A stretch of 64,000 nt of DNA from contig OZ242220.1 of assembly GCA_965206745.1 (NCBI GenBank), positions 1,216,001 to 1,280,000 on the forward strand, read 5' to 3'. This document shows positions 10,630 to 19,601 of the stretch, one piece after another; positions within the stretch are counted from its first letter, which is position 1, and each line of letters starts with the position of its first letter. The notes under the pieces were generated by a model that had not been told where the DNA came from, ran no database searches, and saw only the letters and a list, made by a program, of their open reading frames with translations. The position numbers and the translations under genes are program-made. Source of the DNA: Nitrosopumilus sp. GTDB taxonomy: Archaea > Thermoproteota > Nitrososphaeria > Nitrososphaerales > Nitrosopumilaceae.

Positions 10630-11047
10630 CAATCAGGGCTAATCAGGATTGAGGCAAGAACCAGATCTCAAGTGAAATTTTTAGAGGAGGTAAAATCACA
10701 GCAATCATACTGCATTGGTTTTTTTGGCAAACTTGAGAGCGCCATTTACAGTTTTGAGGAATTTGCATAAGAGCATCTAGTTTGGTTGTTGCCTGTCTTC
10801 ATTGTTTTGCATTTGATGACTTGATGTTCCGAATTATCATGTAGTAGATGTGCGACATTACAATAAAGGCAGCATAGTGAAAATAGGCATACGGTATTAT
10901 ACGGTATTTAAACTAGATTGAGGATGTGTCAATGTCAGATGAGAACACAAGATATGAAAGTCAGTTTTTAATTGTTGGGCATATCACTTTAGGTTTGGTT
11001 CTTGTCCTATCATAATTAATAAAGACCGTAACTTTGATGATTCTTGC

Positions 11048-12154
11048 ATGCAGTTACTAGAATTTCAGGCCAAAGAATTATTCAGAGAGTATGGGATTAA
11101 CCTTCTTGAGAGCATCTCATCAACTAACATGGAGGACGGTCGCAAACATGCAAAAGAGTTAGGATATCCACTTGTGATTAAGATTCAGGTGCCAGTAGGG
11201 GGCAGAGGAAAAGCAGGAGGCATTCAAAAATGCCAAAATGACGATGAATTTGAGCTAAAGTATCCCCAAGTCATGGACTTGACAATAAAGGGAGAGAAGG
11301 CAAGGGCGATTTTGCTTGAAAAAATGGCAGACATCAAAAAAGAATTGTACCTTTCAATATTCTTGAATCGCTCAAAGAGATGCTATACGATTATTGCATC
11401 AGCTGAAGGAGGAGTGGAGATTGAATCAGTAAAGAATCAGATCATCAAAGAAATAGGATTGGGAGACGTTTCAGATGAGTTGGCAAGAGAGGTTGCAAAA
11501 GAGATGGAACTAAAGGGAGAGATGGCAGAGCAATTTGCAGATACTCTGAAAAAATTATCAAGGTTGACAATTGAGAAAGAGGCAGAGCTTGTAGAGATCA
11601 ATCCATTGGCAATCATGCAAGATGACTCAATCATGGCACTTGATGGAAAATTCGTAACAGACGATAACAGTAATTTCAGACACGACGAATTGCAGAAATA
11701 TCAAGAAAAGACGGCCATCGAGGAGCAAGCTGAGAAAAGCGGATTTTCCCTAGTTGAGCTTGATGGGGATATCGCAGTTGTTGGCAATGGTGCAGGGCTT
11801 GTAATGTCAACATTGGATATGCTGGCAGATAACGGCGGAAAGCCAGCATGCTTCCTAGATGTGGGTGGAGGTGCAACTACCGAATCAGTGTATGAGGCAC
11901 TGACATTAATCAGCAAGTTGCCAAGGGTTAAAGGAATTCTAGTCAACCTCTATGGAGGAATTGTAAAGACAACAGTGGTTGCAGAGGCATTTCTCAAGGC
12001 ATACGAAAATAACCTAATTGATTTGCCGGTATTTTCAAGACTAAAGGGTACAGAATCAGAAAAAGCAAAAGAGATGCTAAAGGATTCGAGAACCAACATA
12101 TTTGATTCAGTTGAGGAGGCAATTAATGCAGCAGTCATGGGGATAAAGAAATGA
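11048..12154 (+). CDS. sucC: Succinyl-CoA synthetase beta subunit
   Basis: GGRGKAGG, EINPL, GNGAGLVMSTLD, FLDVGGGA. Confidence 0.96.
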   Translation: MQLLEFQAKELFREYGINLLESISSTNMEDGRKHAKELGYPLVIKIQVPVGGRGKAGGIQKCQNDDEFELKYPQVMDLTIKGEKARAILLEKMADIKKELYLSIFLNRSKRCYTIIASAEGGVEIESVKNQIIKEIGLGDVSDELAREVAKEMELKGEMAEQFADTLKKLSRLTIEKEAELVEINPLAIMQDDSIMALDGKFVTDDNSNFRHDELQKYQEKTAIEEQAEKSGFSLVELDGDIAVVGNGAGLVMSTLDMLADNGGKPACFLDVGGGATTESVYEALTLISKLPRVKGILVNLYGGIVKTTVVAEAFLKAYENNLIDLPVFSRLKGTESEKAKEMLKDSRTNIFDSVEEAINAAVMGIKK

Positions 12155-13068
12155 CAGACATATTCGGATTGCTAAAGGGAAGACCAGGAGATTCTGATTA
12201 TGAAAACAAGGGGGTAATCGTTCAAGGCATTACTGGGGCATACGGTTCACTGCATGCAAAACAGATGATATCGTATGGAACAAATGTGGTGGCAGGAGTC
12301 ACCCCAGGCAAAGGAGGCCAGAAATTTGAAGACAGGATTCCAATATACAACACAATGCAAGAAGCAGTAGATGCAACTCATGCAAAGATCTCCATAGTCT
12401 TTGTTCCGGCAAAATTCTTCTTATCGGCAGCCAAAGAGGCACTAAATGCGGGGATCAAATTGCTTGTGGCCATTCCAGAACACGTTCCAATCAGAGACAC
12501 GATGGAGGCATTGGATTTGGCAAACAAAAAAGATGCAACAATAATTGGTCCAAACACCCCCGGAATAATGATTCCAGAATTAATCAAGATAGGAATCATG
12601 CCACCAATGCCGTTTAAAGCAGGAAAGATTGCAGTGTTATCCAAAAGTGGAACTCTGCTCTATGAGATATCAGACGCCCTTACAAACGCGGGATTTGGTC
12701 AGTCAATTACCATCGGAATCGGGGGAGACCCAGTCAACGGCACAAGATTGATTGATGCATTTGAGATGATAAAAGAGATTCAAGATATCGAGGGTCTAGT
12801 CGTAGTAGGGGAAATCGGAGGAGACTCTGAGGAAATTTTAGCTCAAAGAATCATCGATTCGGGATTTAGCAAACCGACAGTGGCATACATTGCCGGAAGG
12901 GCAGCCCCCAAGGAAAAGAGAATGGGTCACGCAGGGGCAATAGTGATGGGAACATATGGCTCAGCAGAGTCCAAAGTGTCAATGTTTAACAAAGCAAACA
13001 TCCCAGTAGCAAAAAGGCCGGCAGAAGTACCAGTATTGTTGGCAGGAAAAATGGAAAAATCCGATTAG
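12151..13068 (+). CDS. sucD: Succinyl-CoA synthetase alpha subunit
   Basis: QGITG, GVTPGKGG, GPNTPG, RMGHAGA phospho-His motif. Confidence 0.97.
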   Translation: MTDIFGLLKGRPGDSDYENKGVIVQGITGAYGSLHAKQMISYGTNVVAGVTPGKGGQKFEDRIPIYNTMQEAVDATHAKISIVFVPAKFFLSAAKEALNAGIKLLVAIPEHVPIRDTMEALDLANKKDATIIGPNTPGIMIPELIKIGIMPPMPFKAGKIAVLSKSGTLLYEISDALTNAGFGQSITIGIGGDPVNGTRLIDAFEMIKEIQDIEGLVVVGEIGGDSEEILAQRIIDSGFSKPTVAYIAGRAAPKEKRMGHAGAIVMGTYGSAESKVSMFNKANIPVAKRPAEVPVLLAGKMEKSD

Positions 13069-13099
13069 AATAAAAGAGAGAGATAAAGGAGAAAGAGTA

Positions 13100-13267
13100 A
13101 TGCCCATCACAGATCCAGAAAAGAAACGAATTGCACAGCAGGCGCGTCTTGTAATGAAAATTTGCTTCAAATGTGGGGCTAGAAACGATATTGATGCAAC
13201 GCGATGCAGAAAATGCAGAAACCCATACTTGAGATTAAAGAACAGAAATCTCGGTGTCAAGAAATAG
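13100..13267 (+). CDS. rpl40e: 50S ribosomal protein L40e (not in ORF track, 55 aa)
   Basis: MPITDPEKKRIAQQARLVMKICFKCGARNDIDATRCRKCRNPYLRLKNRNLGVKK. Confidence 0.93.
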   Translation: MPITDPEKKRIAQQARLVMKICFKCGARNDIDATRCRKCRNPYLRLKNRNLGVKK

Positions 13268-13269
13268 AA

Positions 13270-13518
13270 TCAAGAGATCATTAGTCTTTGTCTATAATTT
13301 ACAATTGCAGATTTTAATTCACTGTCGTATTGTTTGACAAAGGATTTTGCAGCCTCAGGATCTTTTAATTCTTCAAATGATACCTGTAGATCGTCAGGCA
13401 GTTCCTCATTTATTTGAAACAAAACTTTGGCAGCCTCTACATATTGTCCCAGATTATCTGCAGATTCAAATGCCAATTTCATCCGATCAATCAAGGTATC
13501 AAATTCTTGCAAAGACAT
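13270..13518 (-). CDS. Hypothetical protein (start MSLQEF)
   Basis: 82-aa helical ORF; the upstream extension in the ORF track looks non-coding. Confidence 0.7.
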   Translation of the reverse strand: MSLQEFDTLIDRMKLAFESADNLGQYVEAAKVLFQINEELPDDLQVSFEELKDPEAAKSFVKQYDSELKSAIVNYRQRLMIS

Positions 13519-13612
13519 GAAGGATATTTTTAAAATTAGTAATAAAGATCGAGGTAATTGTAACATAATGAAATAGCAAAGACAAAAAAACACCTTTTAG
13601 GCTAATTTGGTT

Positions 13613-13711
13613 GGACCGGTCGTCTAGTTTGGTTTGGATGACGCACTCACACTGCGTAAGGAAGTCACCTTCCCGCAAAGGTCGTGGGTTCAAATCCCAT
13701 CCGGTCCACCA
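13613..13711 (+). tRNA. tRNA-Val(CAC) with 21-nt intron at position 44/45 (13659-13679), encoded CCA
   Basis: Acceptor GGACCGG/CCGGTCC, anticodon arm ACGCA-CTCACAC-TGCGT, T arm GTGGG-TTCAAAT-CCCAT; the insert forms a bulge-helix-bulge. Confidence 0.9.
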
Positions 13712-13814
13712 TTTTATTGGTTCTTAAACAAGTTCTACACGGAGATAAATGCATGGCTTACCATGATGTTGATCGATACGATGATTCACTGGAATAATTC
13801 CCAGTGTCGATCAG

Positions 13815-13895
13815 AAATTCATCCCTATTTTTACTGTCCTCGCTTAAGGTAAACAACTAGATCTATTACGATGAACTTTTACTTGTCACTATAGA
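13815..13895 (-). repeat. Dispersed repeat copy B (~81 bp)
   Basis: Reverse complement aligns without gaps to 59782-59862 (14 mismatches in 81 by manual count). Confidence 0.85.
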
Positions 13896-14013
13896 CTGAA
13901 TACCAAGCAATACAACACGTGATCACTCAAAGATGTTTCAAATATTTTTTTGAGTTTTTAAAACTTGTTAGAATTCATCTTTTTTTAAATTATGATATAT
14001 TTTAATTTTATAG

Positions 14014-14829
14014 TCATAAATTAGATTTTTTTATTTTTTCAACCAAATCTATCCCTCTAACAAGTTCAACATCATCTTGAGAAACTAAAAACTCTAAAAT
14101 TTCTTTATATTTTCTGCCCCCTTTCATTTGCAAAACATTATCATGCCAAATCATTGTCAATATTTGGTTTCCAAGAGTACGAGAATAGTCTAAAGTATTT
14201 TTAAAAATGTCCACTAATTTGTTTTCGGGTATTTTCATATGTGTAAACAGATATGCATCCATCAACGTTACTGGGAATTCATAAATGCCATCTATTATTG
14301 AATAACCCATTTCGTTTTTATCGATTTTATCTTTTGAGTTTCTAAATGATGAATCATAAACAAATCCTAATTTTTTTAGTTTTGAAGGAAGGTTTGAATC
14401 ATAATTTAAATAATGAACTCGATTTCCAAGAATTGGATTTTTAGTAAGGGATTCAAGTGTTTCTTTTTCATCTTTAATTTTATTAAAATCCAAAGTATTG
14501 TGTGGATCTAAATGGAGTCCAATTTCCCAACCGCCTTTGTTTAATGTGTTTATTTCATCTTCATAATCCAAATAATTTCCATTTTCGTATATGGTTCTAA
14601 AGAAAAATGAAGATTTTATCCCTAATGATTCCTCTATCTCCATAATTTCGGGAAAATTGTAATAAGGATTTTTTGTATCTAGAGAATCAATAGTTTCTTG
14701 AGAAAACCTTTCTTTTCTTGCCAAAATGTGTTCTTTTCCAGGCCCCTGTTTTCTCCAATCAACGTCATGACTCAAAAAAATATACTGTACCAATAATGAG
14801 TCAGTGATTGGGAGGGTTTTAAAAAGCAA
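14014..14829 (-). CDS. Polysaccharide deacetylase family protein (AT-rich; start may be TTG ~14793)
   Basis: SHDVD, GWEIGLH, GNRVHYL, YDSS, EFPVTLMD, MIWHD motifs. Confidence 0.85.
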   Translation of the reverse strand: MLFKTLPITDSLLVQYIFLSHDVDWRKQGPGKEHILARKERFSQETIDSLDTKNPYYNFPEIMEIEESLGIKSSFFFRTIYENGNYLDYEDEINTLNKGGWEIGLHLDPHNTLDFNKIKDEKETLESLTKNPILGNRVHYLNYDSNLPSKLKKLGFVYDSSFRNSKDKIDKNEMGYSIIDGIYEFPVTLMDAYLFTHMKIPENKLVDIFKNTLDYSRTLGNQILTMIWHDNVLQMKGGRKYKEILEFLVSQDDVELVRGIDLVEKIKKSNL

Positions 14830-14835
14830 TATGAA

Positions 14836-14958
14836 CTATTTCCAAGATAACTGTTCTCGCCAGGAATTGAGCTTTTTCTAATCTGGGTAATCCTTACAGT
14901 TAACCAAAAAATCATCCGCAGGATTAATGTCATAACCGCACTTGCAGGTTTTGATCAT
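14836..14958 (-). pseudogene. Small Cys-containing ORF with in-frame TAG (14878-14880)
   Basis: MIKTCKCGYDINPADDFLVNCKDYPD*KKLNSWREQLSWK*. Confidence 0.25.
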
Positions 14959-15062
14959 AATTGGAAATTAACATGATTTTCTCTAAATCTTTTGTTATTG
15001 GTACTGTTGCAGTAAAAGAATTAGATCAGTCGTCTAATTGTAGCCAAAACCAGATGTGGTAA

Positions 15063-15608
15063 TTACAAAAATTTCCATGCCATTACATTTGAACCCTTTG
15101 TATCAGGCTCACCCAACGTATCCACATTATAACCTAAATTTTCAAGATATGACGGGTAAATTGTTGATAAATGCTCTTCAAATGGATTTCCATATTCCGG
15201 ACCTTGTTCATATTTTCCATAAGGCACTCCAAGAATTACAACTTTGGCCATTTTTTCTATTTTTTTTAATGTTGGTTCAATCTCAGCTTGTTTAAGATGT
15301 TCTATTCCATGCCAATAAAAAATAATGTCAAATGTATTTTCTAAAATTTTGTCAATATTTCTTACATCCCCATTGATAATATCAAAAATGGTCCTGTCAG
15401 AAAATTTTGTTTTTAGGAACTCATAATTATCCTTGAATACTTCTAAAATTACAATTTTTTCATAGGGTACTTTTTCGAATTGATCGACGAAATGCTGACG
15501 TCTTTGATTTGCACCAACATAAAGAACAGATTGATATTTTGTAGAAAATAATTCAGGCAAATTCTTTATTACTTGTTTTGCACGTTCTTCTTGCATTGAA
15601 TCAGGCAT
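15063..15608 (-). CDS. Class I SAM-dependent methyltransferase
   Basis: SVLYVGA motif I, GDVRNI, FDII..WHGIEHL, GNPFEEHLS. Confidence 0.85.
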   Translation of the reverse strand: MPDSMQEERAKQVIKNLPELFSTKYQSVLYVGANQRRQHFVDQFEKVPYEKIVILEVFKDNYEFLKTKFSDRTIFDIINGDVRNIDKILENTFDIIFYWHGIEHLKQAEIEPTLKKIEKMAKVVILGVPYGKYEQGPEYGNPFEEHLSTIYPSYLENLGYNVDTLGEPDTKGSNVMAWKFL

Positions 15609-16044
15609 TTATATAAAAAAGTATTTTTGGTGTATTATAAAGCATTTGTTGAAAAACAAGAAATTTGTGGAATGCAAAAAGTAGCATATCCCCTATTGAC
15701 AACATGACGATCTTCGGATTCCTCACAATGACTGTTTCTTTTGGCAGCGTCTTGCCAGAAAGGTTGTAGAAAGATTATCCAAAAAAATGACGTATATCGA
15801 TATCAAGTGACAAGTAATCCTCAAAATCATAACGTCGGGCTTTGAAGAAGTTTATAATATCTTGGAGAAAGAAAGCAACAACAAATACGAAGGCGAGATA
15901 AACGTGCCTGACAACAGAAGAGTAATAATGGGATTTGCTCACTTTATGGAGGGTCGACAACTGCTATTTTTTATGTGCTACTATATATATAAAGAGATAA
16001 CTTTGTCTAAAGTATAAATATATTGCACATAGTACTATTACTGT

Positions 16045-16731
16045 ATGAATACACAGGAATCCACATCAATACTTGAAAAGGCAAAGGATGCAATCAGATT
16101 TGCGCAGGAACTTCCCCCCAGTCCAATCTACAACCTAAAGAATTTGGAACATACGACAAGAGTCTCTACTAGAACCATCAGAAGAAGACTGGCTCATCTT
16201 GAGGAGCTTGGACTAGCAGATTACAATCGTGGAAAGTTTACAATAAAAAGAGAAGTGATCTCCCAACCGTACACTGTTTTACAAAAAATAATTCCCTCAC
16301 TAATAGCACTCAAAAGAGCCAGAAGGTTTGGAAGATACTACAAACCAACCGATGTCAACTTTATGAAGAAACATCTTCCAAAAGATTCCATCATAACACT
16401 TGAACATAAAGCTCACCAATTAACAAAGTTTCAAATTCCGCTTAACTTTTATGTTTATGTTGAGGATGTAGAAGAGATTGCCGATCTTTTGAAAAGCCAC
16501 AGATTTAGAGAGGGAAAAAGAGGCAACATTATTCTGCTTCCAAAGATAGGTTCTTTTGAAAATCTGATTGAAAGAATCTTTCTTGATTGTGTGGCAAATG
16601 GTGGACGAGATTTTCTGGATGCTGCTGCCATCATGTTAACCCACAAGGACATGATAAAGACAAGGGGGATGTTTGCAGTCGATACCATACTAAAAGTTCA
16701 GGAGGACCTTCCAAATGATGTCGATTATTAA
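16045..16731 (+). CDS. HTH-containing putative antitoxin (AbiEi-like)
   Basis: N-terminal wHTH (VSTRTIRRRLAHLEELGL); overlaps the downstream nucleotidyltransferase gene. Confidence 0.65.
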   Translation: MNTQESTSILEKAKDAIRFAQELPPSPIYNLKNLEHTTRVSTRTIRRRLAHLEELGLADYNRGKFTIKREVISQPYTVLQKIIPSLIALKRARRFGRYYKPTDVNFMKKHLPKDSIITLEHKAHQLTKFQIPLNFYVYVEDVEEIADLLKSHRFREGKRGNIILLPKIGSFENLIERIFLDCVANGGRDFLDAAAIMLTHKDMIKTRGMFAVDTILKVQEDLPNDVDY

Positions 16732-17224
16732 AGAAGCAGTGTGCATTTCCAAAGATTTTGGAACGGCTACATTTGTCGGAGCAGTGGCAGTCATGTTGCA
16801 TACTGATGAGCAACGGCAATCTCTGGATTTAGATTTTGTTGTTGCCGAGCAAATCACAGTGGATGAATTTTTGGATAAAGGGTACAAGATTGACCAGCAA
16901 GGCGATAAAAAATTCACACCAAGAGGATACAAGATTGACGTGTATGATAAACGAGACCTAAATGACATTCCGCTTGAATACATCATAAAGACATCGGCAG
17001 TCATCAAGATTGATAAAAAAGGAACCACAGTCAACGCCATCTCCTTGGAAGGATTGATTATTGCAAAGTTTAGGGCAGGACGCGACCAAGACATAGAAGA
17101 TCTACAAAGATTGGCCATCCGCTGTGGCCCAAAAATCAATTGGAATGAGATCAGTCATCTTGCCAAATCTGACGTAGAGTATTCTAAAATAGAGCAGGCA
17201 ATCCGTCTTTATTTGACCCAATGA
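16715..17224 (+). CDS. Nucleotidyltransferase, AbiEii/DUF6036-like putative toxin
   Basis: VGAVAV..H...RQSLDLDFVV polymerase-beta motif, KIDV, LIIAKFRAGRDQDIEDL. Confidence 0.75.
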   Translation: MMSIIKEAVCISKDFGTATFVGAVAVMLHTDEQRQSLDLDFVVAEQITVDEFLDKGYKIDQQGDKKFTPRGYKIDVYDKRDLNDIPLEYIIKTSAVIKIDKKGTTVNAISLEGLIIAKFRAGRDQDIEDLQRLAIRCGPKINWNEISHLAKSDVEYSKIEQAIRLYLTQ

Positions 17225-17230
17225 TTCCTC

Positions 17231-17419
17231 AGATCAAGAACCAAATCATTGGGCAGGGATGAAGGGAATTCTAAAAGGCCCTCAAGACATATTGCAAGCA
17301 GCCTGGTTGAGATGTCATTTTTTATGAAGAGGTACATCAGCTCATTTGTGTGTGTTGTATCAAAACAAGATATCATTAGTTTGATACTGCGATGCATCTG
17401 TTACAATGTATATGTTTAG
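17231..17419 (+). mobile_element. Degenerate IS5-family transposase C-terminal remnant
   Basis: RSRTKSLG...SSLVEMSFFMKRYISSFV...LILRCICYNVY resembles the R..VE..F..KR...YN signature. Confidence 0.4.
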
Positions 17420-17708
17420 GGAAAAGCAGATGGCATTATTATGTTGCATCATTAGTCTGAGATATGCACGATTGGTTGGCATTCTGCAAATTCTAACATG
17501 TTTTGAATGGTTTTGGCATTTCATATTGCAAAATTTATTCATATTTGGCGTGTAATTTTGTATTTTGGTGTGCAAAAAAAATCAAGGTGGAGTATTGATT
17601 GTAAGAGAGAATGTCAACATTACGTAAAATTTCATGGTATCGGCTCTGACAATCTCACAATATTTTGGAACGTAAAATGAGCTTTTTAGTGGCAATCTCT
17701 ACTTTATT

Positions 17709-18410
17709 TTAATTATCAAGAATGCAAGAATGGGTTGCAGCATCATAAATGGTTCCAGATCCACATTGGGAATTAGAATCACTAGGATCAGATGTCTTTG
17801 AAGTGCCAAGCACGCATGAATTTGATTCTGAATCAAACACAGTTCCAGATCCACATTCTGAATTAGAATCAATACGTGAAACATCATCAACCACTGCAGG
17901 AATTGTGACTGTATCAGGGGTTGAACTCTCCAAAACATTATCAAAATACCCTTGGGTGTATCCGGTTCCAAGAATTATCAAAATCAAAAGAGGAATACCA
18001 ACAAGAATAGTAATTTTGAACGGAGTTGATTTTACGAAACTCTTAGATCTTTGTTTTGGGATTGGCTGTGGATTTGCATCAATTTCAAATATAGAAGTGC
18101 CACAAATCATACAAAAGTTGGCGCCCATTGGGCCTTTTTTTCCACATTTCCAGCAATGAATAATTTCTTCATTTTCAGGCTCATTTTCAAAAACAATGTC
18201 TTCGGACTGGGCATCAGATGTTTGTTTAACGAGGTATTTTTCCCTCATCCGTTTTAGATAATTTTCATCAGTGATCCAGATAGTTTTGTTTTTAACGTAT
18301 GCCTGTTTGATATGCTCCAGCCTATACGAATCACCAACGCCCATCTTTAACAAAGCATTAACTTCATCTACAACATCAGCAGAGTCCATGATGCTATCCA
18401 TTACAGGCAT
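17709..18410 (-). CDS. Zinc-ribbon membrane protein with two C-terminal Cys mini-repeats
   Basis: CWKCG...FCMICG ribbon, one TM helix, repeats DSNSECGSGTVFDSESNSCVL / DSNSQCGSGTIYDAATHSCIL. Confidence 0.8.
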   Translation of the reverse strand: MPVMDSIMDSADVVDEVNALLKMGVGDSYRLEHIKQAYVKNKTIWITDENYLKRMREKYLVKQTSDAQSEDIVFENEPENEEIIHCWKCGKKGPMGANFCMICGTSIFEIDANPQPIPKQRSKSFVKSTPFKITILVGIPLLILIILGTGYTQGYFDNVLESSTPDTVTIPAVVDDVSRIDSNSECGSGTVFDSESNSCVLGTSKTSDPSDSNSQCGSGTIYDAATHSCILDN

Positions 18411-18662
18411 ACATCATTTAATATTAACTGAAAAACCATATTTCAGACTAGACAAAATTAGGCTAGAAGGTGCATTCTTTGTTTGTGATTTTGTCTTCAA
18501 GAGAACTTGACTCAGCATTTGCAGCAGATTTGCAATTTTAAAATCTAGGAAGTATTATAAATTACAGTCAAACATCGTGCTCATCTTTTCCTCTCTATAC
18601 TTGGTTGCAGTGAATATGTCCAAGATTTTGACAGGGCGTGAATGTGTTGTGGAGGTCCAACC

Positions 18663-18893
18663 TCAAATATTTGGTTGCAACCATGTATGGCAGGAACATT
18701 CTAAAAGTTTGCCATCATGTATATCTCCATATTTTTTCTCACAGGCACCCCCCACTCTTTTTGCAGTTTTTTCAGCAATTCTTTTCATGGGTTTCTCCTC
18801 AATATGGATTCTATTTGAAAAGTTCGTGCAATTGAAAAATGTGATCACGGCATCTGCCAGAGGGGGTAGGACGTTATTTTTTGATGAGATCAT
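18663..18893 (-). pseudogene. Probably frameshifted small Cys-rich protein
   Basis: Cys motifs are spread over frames (THEKNC*KNCKKSGGAC in an alternate frame; ends GACEKKYGDIHDGKLLECSCH). Confidence 0.3.
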
Positions 18894-18964
18894 ATTTTTT
18901 GGGAGATATTATGGAAACATGCAAAGATAAGAAAGTTAAAAGGGGTTAAGATCACAGGGAATCT

Positions 18965-19096
18965 ATGAAGGCCAGATTCAATGGGAAATGCGTAGAGTGT
19001 GGGGATGCCATTAAAACAGGTAAAGAGATACTGAAAAACTCCAAAGATCAGTGGGTGCACAAAGCATGCTGTGATCTGGAAGATGAATTACCATAG
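18965..19096 (+). CDS. Small zinc-finger protein (43 aa, not in ORF track)
   Basis: MKARFNGKCVECGDAIKTGKEILKNSKDQWVHKACCDLEDELP: CxxC...HxxC. Confidence 0.7.
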   Translation: MKARFNGKCVECGDAIKTGKEILKNSKDQWVHKACCDLEDELP

Positions 19097-19141
19097 CAAG
19101 TACAAATTAATAATAAATTTTTTAAAGGACTTTGTAAAACG

Positions 19142-19573
19142 ATGTACCATATGAGTACAAAGACAAATATTCTGCTAATGGCCTCAATTATGACGATATT
19201 TGGGATCATTGTGATTCCGGGAGATGTCTCTGCAGAGTCAGGCCAGATTACAATTACCCCAATTGATGGGGAGATCAGTTTGGAGAAGACTGTAACCACA
19301 ATGAATGTTCCGCAAGACAACAAGCTTCCTTGGGGAACGGTGGTAGGGGAGGCAGACGATATTGCCGAAAGATATCCCGTGATAATTCAATTTTACAAAG
19401 GTGAAGACCCAGTACACTTTGCACAGGTGGACGTAAAGGGTGATGGTTCTTATGAATACAAATTCAGAATTAGGAATCTGGATTTGGACACAGGCAAATT
19501 TGTAAATGTCTTTGAAGGAGACTATACTGTAAAAATCTACAAAGTAATTCCAAATACCAACAATTCAGTATGA
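19142..19573 (+). CDS. Secreted hypothetical protein
   Basis: N-terminal signal/TM segment then a beta-rich domain (DGSYEYKF...GDYTVK). Confidence 0.8.
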   Translation: MYHMSTKTNILLMASIMTIFGIIVIPGDVSAESGQITITPIDGEISLEKTVTTMNVPQDNKLPWGTVVGEADDIAERYPVIIQFYKGEDPVHFAQVDVKGDGSYEYKFRIRNLDLDTGKFVNVFEGDYTVKIYKVIPNTNNSV

Positions 19574-19601
19574 TCAACAAGGCATACCAGACTCCCTTTT
19601 A

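Noticed and set aside
10889-10908. Tandem ATACGGTATT x2 in the gap before sucC
   Set aside because: Could be an operator or excision scar, but too short to support a call
13634-13852. 72-aa ORF
   Set aside because: Overlaps tRNA-Val and the dispersed repeat; spurious
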